Origin: Oculina patagonica
Lineage: Eukaryota
Length of the DNA stretch: 64,000 nucleotides
Reading direction: 5' to 3'
Assembly (NCBI RefSeq): GCF_052425735.1
Contig: NC_135759.1
Span: forward strand, 44,702,001 to 44,766,000
Shown here: positions 49,793-61,379 of the stretch, piece after piece
Layout: every line of letters begins with the position of its first letter
How positions within the stretch are numbered: position 1 is the first letter of the stretch
Position numbers and translations under genes: made by a program
Notes under the pieces: generated by a model
What the model saw: the letters and a program-made list of their open reading frames with translations, nothing else
Database searches by the model: none
Told to the model about the DNA's origin: nothing

Positions 49793-51584
49793 AGTAAATG
49801 GTTTGAACCCAGGAGTATCAGTAGTTCGTATAGTGTGATCGTCCGGGTGAGAGTAGTTCTGAGAAGAACTGTTGTTGGTGACTGACGTTTCGACAACCTG
49901 AGCGGAAGTCATCTTCAGAGTCAAGTGAAAAGTTGTTGTCAGTCGATGATGTTATAAGTCTGGTCCGTTGAAGCTGATTGGTCAGTTAAGCCGTGATGTT
50001 ATTGGCTGTAAGACTCGTGTAAAGTTAGTCATCAGTAATTGGTCAGTTTCGATCCGTCTATTGTTAGTCTAATTAAGTCGTTCTGTTCCGTCTATTGTTA
50101 GTCAAATTAAGTCGTTCTGTTGGCGGTTCGTTTGTCGCTTCTGTTTACGTCGTGAATAAGTCGTTTGTAAGGTGCCGGTAGTTGTTGACATCTGTTGATA
50201 GACGTCTATTCTAAGTTTGTGTACCAGCTTTCCAGAGTCAGTCGTTGAAAATAGTTAGTACCGTAGGTTAAGCATTCAGCAGAGTCCCAGTCGATTTTGT
50301 GTTTAGTAAGTCGGTGGTGTTCAGAAATGTGATTGTTGACATCACCATTTCCGGTCGCTCGTTTGTGTTCAGTCAGTCTCGTGGTCAAGTTTCTACCGGT
50401 CTCTCCGATGTAGGAGGCCTGGCAGTCGGAGCATTTGATCTTATAAATCGCTCCCTGTGTTTTGTTAGGTTCGTCCCTGTCTTTAACGTTGGTCAGTAAA
50501 TGTCGTAACGTTGTTATAGGTTTGTGAGCTACACGGATATTGTAGGGTTGTAGGATCCGCGCAATAGTCTCAGAAGTGCCCTTGATGTAGGGTAAAGTCG
50601 CTGTAGTAACAGATGTCAGATTTCTGTCAGTTTCAGTAGTTAATTCTGTGAGTGTTGCGTCTAATAAAGTCAGTATTGTAGTTGTTCTTGTGGAAAACGC
50701 GGTCAAGGTATTTGTTTTCGTCAGATAAACTGTCTGGTGTGTCACAAACTAGTTGCGCTCGTCTCGTCAAAGTCTTGATAGTCGTAGCTTTGTGGGAAGT
50801 CGGGTTGTAGGATGTTTCGTCCAGTAATCTGTCGGTATGCGTCGGTTTTCTGTACACTGTAGTTCGTATTTCGTTGTTTTCGCGGCTTACCAGACAGTCA
50901 AGAAAAGGAAGTTTTCCGTTTTCTTCGATCTCCCTGGTAAACTGAATGTCGGCGTTCTGTTCGTTTAGGTGTTTGTGAAAGTCGTCGATTTCGTCTTTGT
51001 GTACGGCGGTAAAAGTATCGTCAACGTAGCGTAACCAGAGCGGTATCGTTTGTCGGCTAGTTGCAAGGGCGCGTTCCTCGATGTTTTGCATCACAATTTC
51101 TGCGACAACAACGGAAACCGGCGACCCCATGGCTGTTCCGTGCAACTGCTTGTAGCGTTTTCCGTTGTACTGAAAGTAAGTCGATGTAAGGCAGAGGTTC
51201 AGTAAGTCCATAATGTCTTCAGTCGGTAGCGGTAATGTAACAGTAGATTGTTGAATAGCGGTCTCGGTGCACTGTAGAGCCAATTGAAGTGGAATACTGG
51301 TGAACAGTGATTTCACATCAAAAGACACAAGTTTGTAGTCGCCAGGTATCTGTACAGTCTTGATGGTGTCTGGATTGGTCTGTAAGAGGTTGCAGTATAG
51401 TCGTCAGGTATTTAGACAGTTGGTTCGTAGGGGACCCACAGAACGAGACTATGGGTCGCATCGGTATACCCGGCTTGTGTAGTTTCGGTAGTCCGTAAAG
51501 TTTCGGTGGTTGCGGTACTGAGCACCGCAGTCGGTAGTAACGTTGATTGTTAAAAGCGTCGGTCTTTTTAAGCGCAAGTAGTTT
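49793..51584 (-). mobile_element. 5'-truncated Penelope/Poseidon-type PLE (RT plus GIY-YIG, frameshifted)
   Basis: ORFs 50633..51328 (RYVDD) and 50206..50745 (AIYKIKCSDCQASYIGETGR..EH); same insertion site as 37527-41582. Confidence 0.92.
49879..49923 (-). ncRNA. Minimal hammerhead ribozyme of the PLE
   Basis: Identical to 37614-37658. Confidence 0.8.
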
Positions 51585-53016
51585 TTAGTTATCTCACGTA
51601 TTGACGCTATACATATCGGAAGTAGTTATTTGTCTTGACACAGAGAAAAATTCAACTAGAAAGAGTGCAGATTGAGCATTTTGTCTTCTTTTGAAAAACA
51701 AGCACTTTTATATGTCGCAAATCCAATATGGCGGCGGAAAGCCAGCAAGTAAATTCTCGGAATCTCACCGTATATTTCTCAGAAAACATCCAGTGGAACG
51801 GACGAATGTTTTGAAGGCGAACCAGTCAAATTTCAAGAAGGATGTGAGCGTTAAGGTAAGCTTCTTCTTTCCCAGATACCGACAAAACAGAGCATTTTTT
51901 GAGAAAATTGTATTTATCATGAAAGAAAAAGTAAATTTTGTTTTGCTGTGAATCTTGTCGAGCAGTTTGTGTGCTTTTCTTCCTGTCGCCTTCGACAACA
52001 GTCGATAAAGAAAGCGGTGTTAGACCGGATCACTGGTAATTTTGAATTTTAGAATTTGACAAGCCATCTTTCCATTTTAGTAAACTTCTTTTCTACGCGA
52101 ATTTGCTCGAGGTTGAAGACGTCTAGCTAAACCGGTAGAGTTCATGATACCTCAAACGCCAAACGACTAACCTTAAACTGCCGTTTGCGGTTTGCCGTTA
52201 AAGTGAAAAACCTGTAGCTAAATATATATTTTGTTAAACTTCTAGCAGCTTTGTTAGTCTTGTTAAACAGCTCAGAAAAACAAGTTTGAGTTTATTCACT
52301 TTATTGAACTTTTTAAATCATCTTTTAATAGTTTACATGTGTTTTACCTAGAACAGCCCTTAGCGCCCCTCATATCCTAGCACTTTACAGCACTTGTTAC
52401 ATAATGAATAATGTCTTATAACACCTTGATTTACTTTATTTTAGCTTTGTTATCAATTAATTTATTGGCTTCCGCGTTACTTCATTGCTTCGACGCATCC
52501 CACTCAGCTTCTGAAACAATACATACAAAATACATTAAAAACAACTAGTATGTATTCCCATAATCCAAACCTGCAGATTAAGATAGGAGAAAAAAGAAAA
52601 ACAGCTATTTAACACTAGGGAAAACTATTCAAAAGGCCGCTGGCGCAAGTCATGATCAATGCTGATGGAAAGTTTTAATACCGCGACGTTTTGACTGCTG
52701 TACTGCTAGTATTCATCAGGCGACGAGGTTTACGTGCCGATATTGGTGCATCCCATAATGTCTAAAACAATAGAAATCAAAATGGCCGTCGTTTCGGTAA
52801 AAAGGTCTATTTCTTTTTCAAGGACGTTTCATGTACATGTTTGTCTTACACCTTCTTGCTTGTTAGCAAACGTTTGTTGCTAGCTGAAGAATGGGTGTGG
52901 CAAATATTGGCGAAGTGGTATCGCCAGTTCACTCAGCATATTCCTTTTACCCATGCTCCGTTTGAGCCATTACAAATTATGGTGATTAAATAAATAGATG
53001 AAGTACACAACTTACC

Positions 53017-53147
53017 TTAAACGCAAAGTTTACATGACTTTGAACAGTATGTGGCCGAGAAGTCAGGATGGAACCAGCAAAAGTCCTTGGTAGCTCTCTT
53101 TTGACACATACGTGCGTAGACAGGGTCATCAACGCATGGTTTTAAAG
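53017..53147 (-). CDS. Exon: ShK domain, copy 3
   Basis: LKPCVDDPVYARMCQKRATKDFCWFHPDFSATYCSKSCKLCV*. Confidence 0.82.
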
Positions 53148-56100
53148 CTAGCAAAAGAAAATGGAGAGATAATATGTTTATATTTAACTCGATGTCATGA
53201 AATTTGCGTGCATTTTAAAATATTTACGATATAAAAATATTTAACAAAATTAATTAAAAAATATTTTGGCAATCACGAAACGGAAAATACATACCTGGTA
53301 AAAATACAGGTTCTGGTGGCGCTGTAAACACAAAAGAAAAAAAGATGAATACAGAAGGATAGATCATATGTAAAGTATAGCAACCGGGTGAGACTTCACC
53401 GCCCTTTCGTTTCAATCGTCTTTGTCACTTACTATTCACCGCAATGAATATTCAGTATTTAACAATTATTCCACGAGCGCGCGTTGAACATGAGATGGTA
53501 TCGATCTCATATCCAACAAGCGCGAGTGGAGTAATTGTTTTATTAAAAACGCCCAAAGAATTGCAATATTTGAGCTCCCAAGCTGTTTTCGTTGACGCGT
53601 ATCGCCTACCATATTTGTGGTCAATGGTATATGAGCTAAGATACCATTGCCTGTTAACCAATTAAAACTGCACTGCATATCTGTACATGCGAGTAGGAAA
53701 AAATATTGATGTGTCAATTTACGAAGCTTGTCAGCTTGTTTCCGTAAAATACTAAGGGCGCTTTCCATTAGTCAGAACTGGAAGGCCAGACCGGTATATT
53801 CGAGAAGAAAATTCCGTTTTAGGTCAAATTTTTCCTCTCAAATCAGTCAGTGCATAAATATGATACACTGTCGTGGTGGATTTGTGGAAGAATCTCGTTT
53901 AAAAGGGACCACTTAGCATTCAAAAACCACCGGCCGGCCAGTTCTGCCTAGTGGAAAGCTCTTGCAATTTGCAGATGGCCATTTACGAATAAACTTTTCT
54001 GGTGTTTGGAGGCAGTAATTGAAAGTTTGTTGCCCTATAGCGCGGTACCCTGACATAAAATTTATACATTTATACGTTTGCCTGCGGAGACAACATGGCG
54101 TCGCAAAGACCAGAATCCAAACTCTGAAGTTTTTGAGGTTAATTAAACTTGTGAACGTGATACTAGACTCAGAACTGGTTGATATCGCATTTTCCATAGT
54201 TACTTTCCAAAGTTTAATATGAGTATATAAACAGGAGGTCCTCACATCAGATAAGAGGATAAATAGAAATAAAACTTTTGTCGCGTCTTTTTTCTTTTTA
54301 CGCGGTCTGCAAGTTGGTGGTCTGGAGCCGAGTAAATTATTGGCGGTCAGCTTGAACGAGGACTGGAACCGAGAAATATTCGGAACCGCTCGTATCTCTT
54401 AGTTTATGACAAGGGATGAAACTGTAAATGACAGCCTTCAAATTTGACAAAAATTCGCAGCCAAATATCTGTCTAAATTTTACTATACTTACTCAGCAGA
54501 CAGGAGAAAGGTTAAACAAGACATCCATGAGCTTATTTTGCCCAATTGTTTCTAAGGTATACAATATTTTGGCGTCGTCTTTGATTTGGTTCCATTTTCC
54601 TACCAGTTGGGGGTCACGGAAGTAAGAATTTCGATTCATTGATTGACAGATTAATGGCGGAAGTAAATGATATTGTTTGTTCTGATTGGTGCTTTTCAAT
54701 TCCGGAAGTTTTTTCTTTTTGTTTAGGAATTAGAATGATCGACTGAATATTTAATTTAGTTCTCAGATGCGATTTGTAAAATATGCAAAGATTTAGTGCA
54801 CGTGTAGAACGGTGGTTGCTAATTGAACCTCTTGCTAGGCGTCGCTCATCGTTGCCGATGAAACACATCGGCCGCGGACAAGATTTAATTTTTTTTACCT
54901 ACCATTCTGTTATTTTGAATTTACTTGTCGAGGAAAACACCGCCATTTCTCAAACTCATCACCATTAAGCCAAATCGAGAATTGCAAATCAGAAGGTCAC
55001 AAAACAAAAGGCGTAATTAGCTGAACACTGCCTGCACATTCTATGCAAAACAACAACGTGAATGGATAAATTCAGGCTATACTTTTTACAGAACGTGTTA
55101 ATTTACAGAAATTTTTATTCAGATTTGAACACTGCTTTTAATATCCAACTACAGGGCGAAAAGCATGATTGACTAGTTTCTTTCAATTTTTTTAAACTTT
55201 ACGCTTCCTTCAACTCAAGGCCGCCGCCGAAGTTTTTAAGCAAACTATATGTAAGGATTTAAAGAACTTTAGAGTTTTGGGGTGGTATTGAGACTATACC
55301 TGACAACTCGGGAAGACATTAAGCCATTTTGCACGCATTGCTGTCTCTTCCGCAAGTTACATTTTTACTTCCGGTTGTAAGATGGTATTCCACTTCCGTG
55401 ACCCCCAACTGGCAGAAAGATCGAACCATGAAAGCTGAGAGTTTCACCCCTTGTCACTATATAGCACTCGTAGCTTGATCGGTTCGTCCCGAGAATTAAT
55501 ATTTACGAATGTTCCTCCCATCCCAGACCCCACACTTTTCTTGATTTCAGACCTCCAACCTGCTAGACCGAGTATTAAACATTCAAAATGGCCGATTTAC
55601 GTAAAAAACGCGACGATAACAAGTAAGAAGTATTTTTTTATTTATCCGGGTATTTATCCGGGCTCCCTGTGTATATATCGTTAATAGAAGGCGTCTTAAT
55701 TACTTTTAGTTAACTGTCAATATAAAGCCATCTCTATTACATGCGTCAAGTTTATAACTACTTACTGCAGTAATGTTGGCTTAGGTCGTCAAGTATCCCC
55801 TGCAAGTGCCCTTGGATGTTCTTAGCATCCACAACATCCTCGTCACGGTCTGTCATCAATCTTAGTCTACGTTCATCCTTTTTAGTGCCAATACCAACAG
55901 CTAGCACACGAACACCTGCGTCTCGTAAGGGCCTGGAGGTTGGCTTCAAGCCCCTGGCTCCGCTTGACTGGACACCGTCAGTTAGTATTATATCAATCTT
56001 ATACACACCCGGCCTGGCAGCCGGTAAGGCTTGATCGATTGCAATTTTTAGGGCCTTGTCGATTCGTGTTCTGCCGCCCATACTCGGTAGTTGCTGCACA

Positions 56101-59100
56101 GCATCCTGAAACTTGTCCACTGTCTCGTATTGTTCAAACTTAGCTACCTGTGAGGCTGTGGAGCTGAACAGAACCATGGCTGCTCGATTGTTACCTGGTG
56201 CTTTATCCAAGGTCATCACTAATTTCTTGACTACTTCCTTTGCATCGTTAAATTCTGATTCAACACTGCCTGAAGAGTCCACGATAAATACCACATCCGC
56301 TGGACACGCAGGAACTGAAAAGTAAGAAAGTTATAATAACTTATAATCAATTTAACGCTTTTTAGGAGTCCTTAGTTTTGAATTCGGGAACTGGGTTATA
56401 CTTATTTTCTATAATAAAGCTTTATTGGGAAACATAATAACAATAAGGAATAGAACATTAAGAATCATATTTATTATATAGCCGCGAGTGTTTTACTGGA
56501 AAATAGACCACTCGTAAAATTCATACGAAACTGCATCCGGGACTGTAGTGGTGTATTTTCCATATCCTCACTAGGGTGGATATCGATGACGTCATTTCCC
56601 GCCTTTGCACGGTTGTTTGTGCAAGGCTGCCAAACGCCGATTGGAAATGGTGAGCTATCGATTCTTCAAGTTTAATGATGCCAAAATAAAATGTTGTACT
56701 GAGGAGCAGGAAAATGCTAACACGAAGAAGAAAACTTCATATGACTTGAAATTATTTAAAAGAGCTTCTTGCTTGTGGAGAGTCAGACGAAATGAGGGAA
56801 AATCAAGAAATTCCAGCTGCCGAACTGCAAGACTTCGCGATCAGAAATCAGAAAAGCGGTGAGTTTTAGCAGAAACAGATTTCAAAACGGCGAATTATTT
56901 ATTGTCAGTGACATTGATGAAAGCTAATAAACAGACTGTTTTTACAATTACGTTATACATCTTCTGAAAGCTTCAGTTCGCGAAATTTTGCCTTTCAGTT
57001 TGGCAATTTGCCCAATTGTTATATTTAGCCGTGCTCGTGTTTATGTTCTAACTTTTACTTCATGCATGATTTTTGTCTAAATAAAAAAAAGAAAATTACA
57101 CGGAGGCTTGAAGATATGAATTTTATTTTCTCGTGGTAAAAGCAATATTTTGCGAATGAGCGCAGCGAATGAGTAAAATATTGCTTTTACCACTCGAAAA
57201 TAAAATCCATATCTTCGCGCCGCCGTGTAATATCCTCTATATATATAACGTAAAATTATAGTAACTTTAGTAACTTAAGTCGAAAAATTGGCAATTTTTT
57301 CAAGTTTATCATTTGTAATCCGTCTTAATCTTCGTCAGTCGAAACCATCCTAATTTATTTTTGGATGTCCTTTGGTGTTTTTCCATGTTAGAAAACTGTT
57401 ATTTTGAGGTTTAATTCAATTTTTAGCTAATCAGAAAAATGACTTGAAATACCATGATATTGCTCCTTTAAGCAATACATTTGTTTAGTATTGGAAACGT
57501 TCAAAACAAATTTTCGTGACTTGATACGTGACACCAAACAAACAATTCAACGCGAAATTGCTCTTTCAGTGAGTGACCTTTTAGCATTGTACACTACTCA
57601 CGATCTATATTAATAAATATTATATTATTATTATTATTAAATTATTATTATTATTATATTGATCGAAAATAGGATTTATCTTCACTAGGTTCAATCTTTT
57701 TCTTGTTTGTCCATCAGAATACTTTTACCGTGTTGCATCCACTATTTTCACAATCGAGGCTGAGATTTTTCACGCATTTTTCCAATGGAACTAAGATTGT
57801 AGTACAATTTGGACTGCAAAAAGGGATTTGCAGCCACCCCTGCGCCTTCCTGGTCCAGTACCCTCTCTACCGAACCCTATACAGTATCGTTGTTCTAGCG
57901 TCCCAGGGAAAGAAAGGAAACAATAACTTGAAAGAGTATCGACTTGCCAGGGCATTTCTGCACATTGCACGAGATAGTCTTTACAGCAGGTCCCCATCTG
58001 GTACAATTTCTTCCACCGTTAGATGGCGGGGGATTGGTGCAGGTTCTTTTCAGTGTTTGTATCCCAACTCCACACGTCGCACTGCACTCAGACGCCGGAG
58101 ACCAATTAGAGTAGTTTCCGTCTACAGGGGCTAAGAAAAGGAACGAGAACACGTCAGTTATATTGTAACATAGCGAGACGTTTACTGCTGTGGAATGGAG
58201 CTTAAAAAGCCCATTCGCTAGGCATCTTATAGATTTTAAGAAGACACTTAATTACAATCAGTTTAATGTTTCTTCCTTTTAAATTCTATCAGTGTTCGCG
58301 TTATAACTATTCATCTATCTATGCACCATCATAATATCAAGATTTTCTTATATGTAACAATCCCAACTTACCACAGACGAACTCTTTAAAATCTTCATAA
58401 AGCTTGTTCGACAGGACTGTAAAATTGCTATAAAGAACCACTTTTCCTTTTTTACCAGCTGTCTGTTTCATTTTGTCCATGTTGTTCGCTGCGTCTTGGC
58501 CAATTCCAATAACCTTGATAGTGACATCTTTAGCCTGCGTTAATAAATGGCAGCGCATTTTAGAACGTATATCATAATGAGGGTTGCGCAAAATACTTTC
58601 TTCGCGAAATTTAGAGAAAGCAGGGCATCTAAAAGAAAAATCATTAGCTTTCTTGAATTGACACACATCAGTCCTCGATGCTGCCGTTTTCCGTTGGACG
58701 TTCGTACGAGAAAATGAGTGGTTTTGTGTTTGTCGTGAATTTGAATTTTTTCTCTATTTTTTATGAGGGATTAATTTGAGAATTCCATGAAAATGAAACA
58801 AAATGAAAGGCAACCTCGTTTCTCGTTTGTCGTTTGCCATATTACGCCATGCTTAATCTCTCTCATATTGATCACAATTACCTCAGGGTTCGTTTAAAGG
58901 GTAAAACTTGCAATATGTAGGGGTGTAAATTTCAGATTTTTGGTCTCATTTAGGGTATTTCGGGCAATACAGCAAAAATTTTAGCCTTCAAAGTCTCGTT
59001 GTTCGAATAAATGTACGAATGTAAATTCCATTTTTCTTTATTTTGGTATCTTTTAGGGGACAAGAAAAGCTCCAGCCAAGCTCAGATTGCACTCTTCTTT

Positions 59101-60768
59101 TCATAGTTTTCAACGAGCATCCCTGCCCCTTTCAAATGGAAGTCTCCCAGGGGCTCAAAAAAGGGTGTTTCACAGAAGGTAAAATCAAGTAAACTTAAGT
59201 AGAAGTACCTCCAAATCTTTTGTCAATTTCGCAAACGGAATTTGTGGTTCCTTATCCCAACTAGCAATATACGGTATTCCATCAGTAAAGATTAGCATAA
59301 CATTCCTGGCATTTGGTCTGTCTCCTCCTTCCCTGGTAAACAAATCGTTCAACGCCAGATTCTCAGCCAAATCTGTTCGAGTTCCCTCTCTTTTTGGAAC
59401 AACTTTTAATGCATCAGCCACGCTACTCTTCACGTTCTTTGCATTGTGGTAATTCGTGTTTGAAAAGTTGTGGTGAACTGTTGCACTATCACCAAAAGTG
59501 ACAAGAGCAAAGTGATTGGCAGCTGCAGACACACCAAGTTTGTCCACCAACGCATTGACGATATCTACCAGCTGATGGCGGTCAGCTTCCTTCATACTTT
59601 GAGATATATCACCCAGAATGGCGATATCCATGATCTGATGACACTCATCTAAATTGAATAAGAAATCAACATTGTTCTGTATCTTTGCAGCATACGCGTA
59701 TACTTGTTGCGCGTACTCTTTAAATTAAAAATAAATGCGACAAAAAAAAACCGAATCACCAAGGAAAATATTATAAGAAATATGATAAGAAATATTTCCT
59801 GTACTGCCACTGAGCAACTTTTTATCAAGCAAGTTTTATCATGCAAGCTCACTAGTTCGTCCACTGTGAGTTAATTACACTGAAAAAAATGAGAGAGCTG
59901 CCTCAAAACAAGATATATTCTCTTACACATGAAACATACAAAAACTAATACAAAAACTTATCGTTTTCTTTTGTTTATGTCATATAGAGGCGATTTTAGT
60001 GTACAATTTCCGTTAATGGAACTGTGATAACTAGCAAAAGGTTGAGCTAGCTTATCTCTTTTTTAATTGCGACGATTATTTTGATCTTGGACGGTAACCC
60101 CTGGTCGGCAAAAGTTCACTTTCAGCTAATAGCAAAGCACAGCTAATGGTTTTGACTTATCATATTTGTGTTTTAACCCTTTTTGCCGACAAAAAAGATA
60201 ATGGAAAATTAATTTTGATCGGGAAGTTGGACAAATACCCACAATGCACGTATTAAATGCGGTTCATGTAAAGCAGAAATCATTACCTTCATCCGATGAT
60301 GCCAAGTCTCTCCGCGGTAGACCTGAAATGAATAACAGCGTGTCAATGGGGCATTAGCGTAGAATCAGTTAACAGCAAAAGCAAACAACGTTTTATCATC
60401 AGAACATCTGAAGGACTGTGCGTAAAACACCACATTAAGTCAAAATACATGTACATGCAAGGTAGATTCTTTTTAAAAAATATATTTTGTTGAACTGAAG
60501 AATGGATTTTCGTAATCTGTTTTCCATCTTTTGTTTCCACGTTCCGTATCCGCTAAATAAATCATTTGCTTTCATAAGGCTGACAGAACATACCACTGCC
60601 AGTTATACGTTGACAATGACATAATATTGTGTATTAAGTTAGCCAATTATCACTCTCTCAAAACGTCATCAAACTTATCATTATCAAAACAGAAAATACA
60701 AACTTACCATAACTATCGCATATTAAGAGAAAAACGAGGAAAAAGAACGAACCAGTGAAGTTTCCCAT
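53017..60768 (-). CDS. Secreted VWA-TSP1-VWA-ShK protein, copy 3 (about 517 aa, 7 coding exons)
   Basis: Exons 60768-60708, 59648-59209, 58534-58372, 58130-57948 (GC donor), 56314-55766, 53321-53295, 53147-53017; 1554 nt open. Confidence 0.82.
54228..55675. mobile_element. Non-autonomous insertion with internal inverted repeats (Crypton-like)
   Basis: Absent in copy 2; CCAGTTGGGGGTCACGGAAGT (about 54603) inverted at about 55392; TA-rich ends. Confidence 0.55.
55766..56314 (-). CDS. Exon: VWA domain 2, copy 3
   Basis: ORF 55758..56294; DSSGS MIDAS. Confidence 0.9.
56467..57243. mobile_element. Crypton-like non-autonomous insertion
   Basis: Absent in copies 1 and 2; terminal hairpin around GCGAATGAGCGCAGCGAATGAG; decayed 'EEQENANTKKKTSYDLKLFK' peptide. 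Confidence 0.55.
57948..58130 (-). CDS. Exon: single TSP1 repeat, copy 3
   Basis: PVDGNYSNWSPASECSATCGVG..CNVQKCP G|GCAAGT. Confidence 0.85.
58372..58534 (-). CDS. Exon: C-terminal part of VWA domain 1, copy 3
   Basis: AKDVTIKVIGIGQDAANNMDKMK..FKEFVC. Confidence 0.85.
59209..59648 (-). CDS. Exon: VWA domain 1, copy 3
   Basis: ORF 59185..59631; DISQS MIDAS. Confidence 0.9.
60708..60768 (-). CDS. Exon: signal peptide, copy 3
   Basis: MGNFTGSFFFLVFLLICDSY G|GTAAG. Confidence 0.8.
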
Positions 60769-61240
60769 CTCAGTTAGAACGTCTACACCTTCCTTTCAAG
60801 TACAAACTGTAAAATAAGTGTAACATCAAGAGAAATGTTTCAGTTCTAATTGCGCAATTAGCTTTAAAACTTGGCCATCTTAACAATTTGGTGCAGATCG
60901 CGGCTACATCAAACATCAAAAACCAATTCAGCCATCTCCGAACGACTTTTCCTGAGGGAAGTTTAATTTTCTCGAATCTCAGATATCTCAGAATCTCAAA
61001 TATTGAGATTCTCGGGAAACAAAATTAACTGGTTTCCGGAGGGATCCAGTCATTGTAAGTATTTTGTTGTATAGCACGACGATGACTTAGAAAAAAGGCG
61101 GTCGTCGGTCAACATTCGCGGGCAACATTGCATTAATACCCTATGACGTCATAGAGTTTGTAATGTTGCCCGCTCAGGCTTTGCGGGAAACAATTTTTAC
61201 TGTAAGATGCAATACAGCTCCAACCATTTGTGTTTGAATA

Positions 61241-61243
<3 letters not shown>

Positions 61244-61281
<38 letters not shown>

Positions 61282-61379
61282 TTAATTTTATTTCTCTATT
61301 TCTAAAATATTTACAATGGCTAAAAATACATTCTGACTTAAATTTGAGCATACATTATTATTATTATTATTATTATTAT
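61244..61379. repeat. Two (ATT)n microsatellites
   Basis: About 61244-61283 and 61354-61379. Confidence 0.85.
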
